Shown piece after piece: positions 55,617 to 64,000 of a stretch of DNA of 64,000 nucleotides. A program made the translations under genes and the position numbers. The DNA lies in contig OZ251223.1 in the NCBI GenBank assembly GCA_965240325.2, positions 1,736,001 to 1,800,000 on the forward strand, in the 5' to 3' direction. The notes below the pieces were generated by a model. That model did no database searches. It was not told where the DNA came from and saw only the letters and a list, made by a program, of their open reading frames with translations. How positions within the stretch are numbered: position 1 is the first letter of the stretch; each line of letters opens with the position of its first letter. The stretch is from Rebecca billardiae RCC1528. Taxonomy: Eukaryota; Protista; Haptophyta.

Positions 55617-58391
55617 GTAACCTTGTAACCCGTGTAACCAGGTTAACTGGTTACATCGGAGGCCAGGGACTCTGGAGGCAGGCCATGGCAGGTGGGGACC
55701 GTAACGGCCGGTCGCGAGCTGTAACGGCCGGTGTAACCTTGTAACCTGTGTAACCAGGTAACTGGTTACATCGGAGGCCAGGGACTCTGGAGGTGAGAGC
55801 TGGCAGGTGGGGACCGTAACGAGCTGTAACGGCCCGCGGTGTAACCTTGTAACCTGTGTAACCAGGTAACTGGTTACATCGGAGGCCACGGGGACTCTGG
55901 AGGCAAGAGTAGTGGCAGGTGGGGACCGTAACGGCCGGTCGCGAGCTGTAACGGCCGGTGTCAGTAACCCTGTAACCTGTGTAACCAGGTAACTGGTTAC
56001 ATCGGAGGCCAGGGACTCTGGAGGCAAGAGTCACTGGCAGGTGGGGACCGTAACGGCCGGTTGCGAGCTGTAACGGCCGGTGTAACCCTGTAACCTGTGT
56101 AACCAGGTAACTGGTTACATCGGACGGGCCAGGGACTCTGGAGGCAAGAGTTGGCAGGTGGGGACCGTAACGGCCGGTTGCGAGCTGTAACGGCCGGTGT
56201 AACCTTGTAACCTGTGTAACCAGGTAACTGGTTACATCGGGGGCCAGGGACTCTGGGGGCAGGAGCCGGGCAGGTGGGGGCCGTAACCGCCGGTTGCGAG
56301 CTGTAACGGCCGGTGTAACCCTGTAACCTGTGTAACCAGGTAACTGTTTACATCGGAGGCCAGGGACTCTGGAGGCAAGAGTTGGCAGGTGGGGACCGTA
56401 ACGGCCGGTCGCGAGCTGTAACGGCCGGTGTAACCTTGTAACCTGTGTAACCAGGTAACTGGTTACATCGGGGGCCAGGGACTCCGTGGAGGCAGGAGCT
56501 GGCAGGCGGGGAGCGTAACGGCCGGTTGCGAGCTGTAACGGCCGGTGTAACCCTGTAACCTGTGTAACCAGGTAACTGGTTACATCGGAGGCCAGGGACT
56601 CTGGAGGCAAGAGTTGGCAGGTGGGGACCGTAACGGCCGGTTGCGAGCTGTAACGGCCGGTGTAACCTTGTAACCTGTGTAACCAGGTAACTGGTTACAT
56701 CGGAGGCCAGGGACTCTGGAGGCAGGAGCTGGCAGGTGGGGACCGTAACGGCCGGTCGCGAGCTGTAACGGCCGGTGTAACCTTGTAACCTGTGTAACCA
56801 GGTAACTGGTTACATCGGGGGCCAGGGACTCTGGAGGCACGGGAGCTGGCAGGCCGGGGGGCCGTAACGGCCGGTTGCGAGCTGTAACGGCCGGTGTAAC
56901 CCTGTAACCTGTGTAACCAGGTAACTGGTTACATCGGAGGCCAGGGACTCTGGAGGCAAGAGTTGGCAGGTGGGGACCGTAACGGCCGGTTGCGAGCTGT
57001 AACGGCCGGTGTAACCTTGTAACCTGTGTAACCAGGTAACTGGTTACATCGGGGGCCAGGGACTCTGGGGGCAGGAGCTGGCAGGTGGGGGCCGTAACCG
57101 CCGGTTGCGAGCTGTAACGGCCGGTGTAACCCTGTAACCTGTGTAACCAGGTAACTGGTTACATCGGAGGCCAGGGACTCTGGAGGCATGAGAGTTGGCA
57201 GGTGGGGACCGTAACGGCCGGTCGCGAGCTGTAACGGCCGGTGTAACCTTGTAACCTGTGTAACCAGGTAACTGGTTACATCGGAGGCCAGGGACTCTGG
57301 AGGCAGGAGCTGGCAGGTGGGGACCGTAACGGCCGGTCGCCAGCTGTAACGGCCGGTGTAACCTTGTAACCTGTGTAACCAGGTAACTGGTTACATCGGG
57401 GGCCAGGGACTCTGGAGGCAGGAGCTGGCAGGCGGGGAGCGTAACGGCCGGGTGCGAGCTGTAACGGCCGGTGTAACCTTGTAACCTGTGTAACCAGATA
57501 ACTGGTTACATCGGAGGCCAGGGACTCTGGAGGCAAGAGTTGGCAGGTGGGGACCGTAACGGCCGGTCGCGAGCTGTAGCGGCCGGTGTAACCTTGTAAC
57601 CTGTGTAACCAGGTAACTGGTTACATCGGGGGCCAGGGACTCTGGGGGCAGGAGCTGGCAGGCGGGGGCCGTAACCGCCGGTTGCGAGCTGTAACGGCCG
57701 GTGTAACCCTGTAACCTGTGTAACCAGGTAACTGGTTACATCGGAGGCCAGGGACTCTGGAGGCAAGAGTTGGCAGGTGGGGACCGTAACGGCCGGTCGC
57801 GAGCTGTAACGGCCGGTGTAACCTTGTAACCTGTGTAACCAGGTAACTGGTTACATCGGAGGCCAGGGACTCTGGAGGCAGGAGCTGGCAGGTGGGGACC
57901 GTAACGGCCGGTCGCCAGCTGTAACGGCCGGTGTAACCTTGTAACCTGTGTAACCAGGTAACTGGTTACCGCATCGGGGGCCAGGGACTCTGGAGGCAGG
58001 AGCTGGCAGGCGGGGAGCGTAACGGCCGGTTGCGAGCTGTAACGGCCGGTGTAACCTTGTAACCTGTGTAACCAGATAACTACTGGTTGCATCGGAGGCC
58101 AGGGACTCTGGAGGCAAGAGTTGGCAGGTGGAGACCGTAACGGCCGGTTGCGAGCTGTAACGGCCGGTGTAACCCTGTAACCTGTGTAACCAGGTAACTG
58201 GTTACATCGGAGGCCAGGGACTCTGGAGGCAGGAGCTGGCAGGTGGGGACCGTAACGGCCGGTTGCGAGCTGTAACGGCCGGTGTAACCCTGTAACCTGT
58301 GTAACCAGGTAACTGGTTACATCGGAGGCCAGGGACTCTGGAGGCAGGAGCTGGCAGGTGGGGACCGTAACGGCCGGTTGCGAGCTGTAAC
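55617..58391. repeat. Tandem array of a ~115-bp GTAAC-rich unit, ~24 copies
   Basis: Unit CATCGGAGGCCAGGGACTCTGGAGGCAAGAGTTGGCAGGTGGGGACCGTAACGGCCGGTTGCGAGCTGTAACGGCCGGTGTAACCTTGTAACCTGTGTAACCAGGTAACTGGTTA. Confidence 0.97.
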
Positions 58392-58409
58392 GATGATATT
58401 CAGAGATCT

Positions 58410-60195
58410 CAGAATACCTTGCCGATATTCTGTGCACCAACCCGTGCAGCGGTTCATAATCTGTTGCCGAAATTCTGGGCGCCAGTACATACAGCGGCTC
58501 GGAATCCCTTGCCAAAATTCTGGGCACCAGTATACATACAACTGTCACAGAATCTCATGCCGAAATTCCGGGCGTCAGTACATACAGCCGCTCAGAATCT
58601 CCCGCCGAAATTATAGGCTCAACCCATGCAGCAGCTCAGAATCTCGCGCCGAAGTTCTGGGCGCCAACCCATGCAACCACTCAGAATCTCCAGCCGAAAT
58701 TCTGGGCGCCAGTACATACAGCTGCTCGGAATCTTCTGCCAAAATTCTGGGCGTCAACCCATACCGCCGCTCAGAATCTCCTGCCGAAATTCTGGGCGTC
58801 AGTACATACAACCGCCCAGGACCTTCTGCCGAAATTCTGGGCGTCAACCCATACCGCCGCCCAGAATCTCTTATTGCCGAAATTCTGGGCGCCAGTACAT
58901 ACAGCCTGCTCAGAACCTTCTGCCAAAATTCTGGGCGTCAACCCATACCGCCGCCCAGAATCTCTTGCCGAAATTCTGGGCGCCAGTTCATACAACCGCT
59001 CAGAACCTTCTGCCGAAATTCTGGGCGTCAACCCATACCGCCGCCTAGAATCTCTTGCCGAAATTCTGGGCGCCAGTACATACAACCGCTCAGAACCTTC
59101 TGCCAAAATTCTGGGCGTCAACCCATACCACCGCCTAGAATCTCTTGCCGAAATTCTGGGCGCCAGTACATACAGCTGCTCGGAATCTTCTGCCAAAATT
59201 CTGGGCGTCAGCCCATACCGCCACCCCGAATCTCTTGCCGAGATTCTGGGCGCCAGTACATACAGCTGCTCGGAATCTTCTGCCAAAATTCTGGGCGTCA
59301 ACCCATACCGCCGCTCAGAATCTCCTGCCGAAATTCTGGGCGTCAGTACATACAACCGCCCAGAACCTTTTGCCGAAATTCTGGGCGTCAACCCATACCG
59401 CCGCCCAGAATCTCTTGCCGAAATTCTGGGCGCCAGTACATACAGCCTGCTCAGAACCTTCTGCCGAAATTCTGGGCGTCAACCCATACCGCCGCCCAGA
59501 ATCTCTTGCCGAAATTCTGGACGCCAGTTCATACAACCGCTCAGAACCTTCTGCCGAAATTCTGGGCGTCAACCCATACCGCCGCCTAGAATCTCTTGCC
59601 GAAATTCTGGGCGCCAGTACATACAACCGCTCAGAACCTTCTGCCAAAATTCGGGGCGTCAACCCATACCGCCGCCCAGAATCTCTTGCCGAAATTCTGG
59701 GCGCCAGTTCATACAACCGCTCAGAACCTTCTGCCGAAATTATGGGCGTCAACCCATACCGCCGCCTAGAATCTCTTGCCGAAATTCTGGGCGCCAGTAC
59801 ATACGACCGCTCAGAACCTTCTGCCAAAATTCTGGGCGTCAACCCATACCGCCGCTCAGAATCTCTTGCCGAAATTCTGGGCGCCAGTACATACAACCGC
59901 TCAGAACCTTCTGCCAAAATTCTGGGCGTCAACCCATACCGCCGCTCAGAATCTCCTGCCAAAATTCTGGGCGCCAGTACATACAGCCGCTCAGAACCTT
60001 CTGCCAAAATTCTGGGCGTGAAACTATGCAGCCGGTCAGAATCTCCCGCCAAAATTCTGGGCGTGAACATATGCAGCCGGTCACAATCTCCCGCCAAAAT
60101 TCTGGGCATCAACCCATGCAGCCGTTCAGAATCTCCTGCCGAAATTCTGGGCGCCTGTCGTACACGAAGCAGCTCAGAATCTCTCGCCAAATTTT
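58410..60195. repeat. Tandem array of a 45-bp palindromic unit with 90-bp A/B higher-order structure, ~40 monomers
   Basis: CAGAATCTCTTGCCGAAATTCTGGGCGCCAGTACATACAACCGCT alternating with CAGAACCTTCTGCCRAAATTCTGGGCGTCAACCCATACCGCCGCC; degenerate at both edges. Confidence 0.97.
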
Positions 60196-60199
60196 AACG

Positions 60200-60870
60200 A
60201 GATAAGGCGATGTAACCTGTAACCACCGCCATTCGACTTACCCTCGCCAAAAAAACCCAAAACCTCCATGCTGGGTAACCACTCGAATAATAACAACTAG
60301 CAACGAATATACCAGCACCAAGACAATAAAACCCGACCACTGCGGGGCGACTATAATTCGACTACCGGAGCAGTCTTAAAACATATATTTCAACTACACC
60401 GCGATATTATAATTAAATAAAAACCAGAGCAGTCTTAAAACATCTATTTTATTCCGCAGTATTATTAAAATGTGTGTATACCAGAGCGGTCTTATATATA
60501 TACGTTCGACTTCCACGCTGATATTTTGTTTTATTATAAAATATCGGAGCAGTCTTAAATTGTAAATACAGAGCAGTCTTAAAATGTATTAGAAAGAATT
60601 ATCTATTTTGCATGGCATATTTTAAATGGCATAAATATATGCGGTCGTTAAAATGAAAATCCGTTCGCGCGCCATTGTAATACTAATCAAATAATTTCAT
60701 AAATATCTGTATTATCACTCATATCGGTATTGGATTATTGATATATCATACTACATGTACAGGCACATAGGTATGCATCCATATTTAATCGCATGTACCC
60801 GTGTGCTACATGTTCCAGGATTTAGTTATCGTAATTCAGGAGATCATAGTAACCTGTGTGACCCACATAG
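60200..60870. repeat. AT-rich block with five GAGC(A/G)GTCTTA motifs and GTAACC motifs
   Basis: Motif at about 60368, 60427, 60484, 60547 and 60571. Confidence 0.7.
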
Positions 60871-61350
60871 GGAGATCATTTTTCCCCTCAAGCCCGCCCA
60901 ATCGCGGTCACCGGCCCTGCCTGTGCTGTGTAGTGTGTGCAGCGGGCAGCGCGCGCGGCGCGGCGCCAGCTGCAGGCTGCCGCGCGCAGTCGTCGATTGG
61001 CAGCCGCCGGCAGACTTTATATATACAGAATACGCCGCCCTGACACTGATGTTATTCTTCACGGCAACCTGTACGACGACATATGCGCGAGGAAGCCTTC
61101 GCACATAGATGTGGCTCGAGCGGATTGACGGTGACTCTGAGGGCGGCCGACGCGATGCCAATTCGCAGGGCGCAGTAGTGATTGTGTTCACGAGCAGCCC
61201 GGCGCGGGTCAGCTTGATTCACGTGGAGTGCCGGGCATCTCGCCAGACTGAGCCGAGGCGTGCTTGCTGGTCGGACCGCAGAAGTTGGATCCGCAGGGGC
61301 GGCCCACGCAGCTAGGCACTCGTGGGGCCAAGGCCGTAGCCATGACTGCT

Positions 61351-62364
61351 TCACACGGACCGTGGAGATGGAGCAGGCGGAGGCTGCGTGTGATTGATCG
61401 GGGGCGCCGCAACGCATGGGCACAGCGGGCGTGTGTGTGAGGCGCGAGTGAGGGCAGGTGGCAAGGCCGCATCGCAGGGTTAGTGCTGATGATGACCATG
61501 TTCGACGAGCGAGGCGGCGCGCGCACGCACCTGCCGCATGTGGAGCACGCGCTCAGACGGCTCGTTGGGCTCGGGCGCGCGCAGCCGCGGCTGCGCCGTG
61601 TTTGGCCTGAACACGTCTGGCTGCAGGCACTCGCGCACGCTGCTGCGCTGGGCGTGCACGTGGGGCCGGCGGGCCTCGGCGCGAGGAGACCAGCTGGGCG
61701 CGGGGCGGTGCTGCGTCCCTGTGACAAACCCGCGCTCGTCGAAGCGCAGCCCGTGCGACTGGAACTCGGCGACGCCGCGGCCGCGCCGCTTGCCGATCCC
61801 AAAGCTCTCGTACTCCTCAAACAGCAGCGGTGCGCGCGAGCGGTCCATGTAGTTGGTCGAGTGCGTGCCCGCGGGCTCGATGTGTTCTCGGCTCGGGGGG
61901 CTGAAGAGAGCGTTCATCGTCGTCGTCGTCCGCGCGCCTTCCCCGGGGTCCGTCAGGAGCCCCGCGTCCGTGTGCGCGACGATGTCGCCTGAGTCCTGCC
62001 AGCGCTGCGCCTTGAGGAAGTGCGGCGTCTGCACAGACTCGGCCGAGGAGGCGGCGAGCCGGCTGGAGAACTCGTCCCAAGCGATCTGCCCGTCCCCATT
62101 CGCGTCGACCCGCCTCGTGAACTCGCGCACCTGTGCGTCATTCAGCTCGGGGTTGATGCGCCTGAGCGCGTGACGGAACTCGTCCGCTGAGAGCACGCCG
62201 TCGCTGTTCACGTCGAAGTTTTTGAAGATGCTCACAATGCGCCGATGCTCAAGCTGTAGCGCCTCGTTCCTTGCCGTGTTCCTGCGGAGCCCCGCCTCGC
62301 GCGCGCGCCTCAGCTCGGCGCCCGTCACGATCGCGCCCGGCCCGACGTAGCTGCGGTTCGGCAT
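61351..62364 (-). CDS. EF-hand calcium-binding protein; probable intron 61530-61384
   Basis: FDVNSDGVLSADEF and VDANGDGQIAWDEF EF loops; CAG|GTGCGT donor and CACGCAG acceptor give a short last exon PPPAPSPRSV*. Confidence 0.8.
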
Positions 62365-62525
62365 TCTGTGGTCCGAGCTGTAGAAGACCGGGCTGGACCG
62401 GGAGGCGCTGCGGTCGGGAGCCGCGGGCGCCCGGATCGGAAAAGCCGCCACCAAAAGCGGGCGATTGTAGAACATGTAACAGCATTTTCGGCCCTCCACG
62501 GTCCCACGATGGCGGATGCCGGCCC

Positions 62526-64000
62526 ATGTGGCATGCCATCGTGCTAGTGATCATCGCGTGGCTAGCTCAGTATGCACAGTGCACCACCATCCAGCCGGCC
62601 GCTATCCAGGTCAGCCGGCTCAAACACGGCTTCCGGATCGCACAGCGCGCCAACGGCACGCGCCCGCTGCTGCACTCTGGGTGCAACGCGCGCACCATGC
62701 TTGCGGTAGCCGAGCGCATTGCCCGAGCGCATGAGTACTCGCGCTGGCTGCGCCGTGACGGGCGCGTGAGGGTCTTCGAGTACGACGCATCCACGAGCGT
62801 GCGTGGCTGTTTGAACCAACCCGCCTCGAGCTACTGCACGGCGGAGGACTTTGCGTGTAGCAAGCGGCAGCGGCTGATGGGCTCGCTCTCTGCGCGACTG
62901 AACGCGTCGTCGAGCGCGCTCGCGCGCACGCTCGACCCGGCGGCCGCGGACCTCCTGGTGATCCCGTGCTACGCCCTGCCGCAGGCGCACGCGCGCCGAC
63001 TGCCGCACCTCACTGCCCACAGCGCTCACCGCCACGTGCTCATCTTCGCGCAGACGATCGACGCGCCGCCCGCGTGCGACCTGCGCGAGCGCTGGCCCGT
63101 GCAGCTGTTCAACCTGCAGTGGCCCGCGCACTGTGGGCATGCGCCGGGGGGCTTCGACCCGTCGTCGCTGCCGTACCCGTCGGAGCGGCAGGCGCCGCGC
63201 GCTGAGCCCGCCGGACGCGCCCGTGCGCGCCCCGTGCTCGCATCCTTCATCGGGCACGCACACGGCACGGCGGCCGCCCTCCGCTCGAACGTGATGGCCG
63301 CGTGCCGCGCGGCGCCCTCTGCGGAGTGCTCGTACGCGGGGCCAAAGGAGATGGGCTCGCGCGCGGAGCTCCACGCGCTCAAGCGGCGCTCTACGTTCTG
63401 CCTCGAGGTCGCGGGCGACACGGCGTACCGCCAGTCGCTCACCGACGACCTGCTCGCCGGCTGCATCCCCGTGCTGCTCTCTCCCGAGATGGCCTCGCAG
63501 CACGGGCTGCACTGGCACGCGTGGCGCAACGCGACCACGGTGCTCGCCACGTGGGTCGGCGGCGAGGCGGCGCCACGCGCCGTGCGCGTGGTGCATGCGC
63601 GCACACCACGAGCGCGCGTCCCTTCGGCGGCCACAGTGCGCCGCGCGGCCGCAACCGAGTCCGCCGACGACCGTCCGGTGGACGTGCCCGCGCGCGCCGC
63701 GGCGTCACTCGGCGCGGGCGATGCGATCAGGCTGCGCGCGAGTTCGTTTGCCGCGCTGCTCGCGCAGCTCATGGCGCTCAGGGATGGCGGTGGCACGAGT
63801 GTCGCACGCATGCGGCAGACGATCGACGCGCACTCTGCGAGCCTGCGCTATCGCGACGACCTGGACCGGGCGGGTCAGGCCGGCGTGCGGGCCGATCTCG
63901 ACGCTCTCGATACGCTCTTTGTGGCCGCCGCGATGATTGCCGAGGAGATGGAGGGCGCGTGCTCCCGCGCAGTGCGCCTGGGGACCATGCACGCGTCCGA
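62526..64000 (+). CDS. Exostosin-family (GT47) glycosyltransferase, runs off the window end (absent from the ORF track)
   Basis: Own translation: signal MWHAIVLVIIAWLAQ, RVFEYD, TLDPAAADLLVIP, HVLIF, RPVLASFIG, STFCLEVAGDTAYRQSLTDDLLAGCIPVLL; no stop seen before 64000. Confidence 0.85.
   Translation, partial: MWHAIVLVIIAWLAQYAQCTTIQPAAIQVSRLKHGFRIAQRANGTRPLLHSGCNARTMLAVAERIARAHEYSRWLRRDGRVRVFEYDASTSVRGCLNQPASSYCTAEDFACSKRQRLMGSLSARLNASSSALARTLDPAAADLLVIPCYALPQAHARRLPHLTAHSAHRHVLIFAQTIDAPPACDLRERWPVQLFNLQWPAHCGHAPGGFDPSSLPYPSERQAPRAEPAGRARARPVLASFIGHAHGTAAALRSNVMAACRAAPSAECSYAGPKEMGSRAELHALKRRSTFCLEVAGDTAYRQSLTDDLLAGCIPVLLSPEMASQHGLHWHAWRNATTVLATWVGGEAAPRAVRVVHARTPRARVPSAATVRRAAATESADDRPVDVPARAAASLGAGDAIRLRASSFAALLAQLMALRDGGGTSVARMRQTIDAHSASLRYRDDLDRAGQAGVRADLDALDTLFVAAAMIAEEMEGACSRAVRLGTMHAS

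Noticed and set aside
54942-60205. Repetitive ORFs across both tandem arrays, and a CRISPR interpretation
   Set aside because: The ORFs follow repeat periodicity in several frames on both strands; there are no unique spacers and no cas genes.

Overview
Eukaryotic, very GC-rich (~70% by eye) nuclear DNA with short GC-rich spliceosomal introns, one with a GC-AG donor. The style suggests a haptophyte alga, possibly Pavlovales; that is inference only. About 13 intact genes are supportable: an EF-hand/HAD-IIA phosphatase, a GlpF-type aquaglyceroporin, a GT25-like, a GT-A-fold and a GT47 glycosyltransferase, a secreted 2-Cys peroxiredoxin, an LRR protein, TYW1, GCP5, an NF-YB-like histone-fold protein, a TRPM-like channel, a hybrid histidine kinase and an EF-hand protein. 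Most of the long Arg/Ala-rich ORFs in the track are shadow frames. The intergenic space is filled with non-autonomous mobile DNA that the ORF track does not show. (i) Two families of Helitron2/Helentron-like elements have an asymmetric inverted repeat and a 3' hairpin. One occurs head-to-tail with a Ulp1-like gene fragment; the other keeps constant ends around different cargo in each copy. (ii) Three TIR/foldback elements and one mini-derivative have readable target-site duplications. (iii) A short dispersed repeat folds into a covarying C(UUCG)G stem-loop. (iv) An ~8.6-kb composite has AT-rich motif-repeat flanks, inward-facing GTAACC/GGTTAC motif clusters, a decayed actin-related gene and two abutting hairpin-containing tandem arrays (115 bp and 45/90 bp). 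No transposase, CRISPR, rRNA or tRNA was recognised. All coordinates were read by eye and may be off by a few bases.
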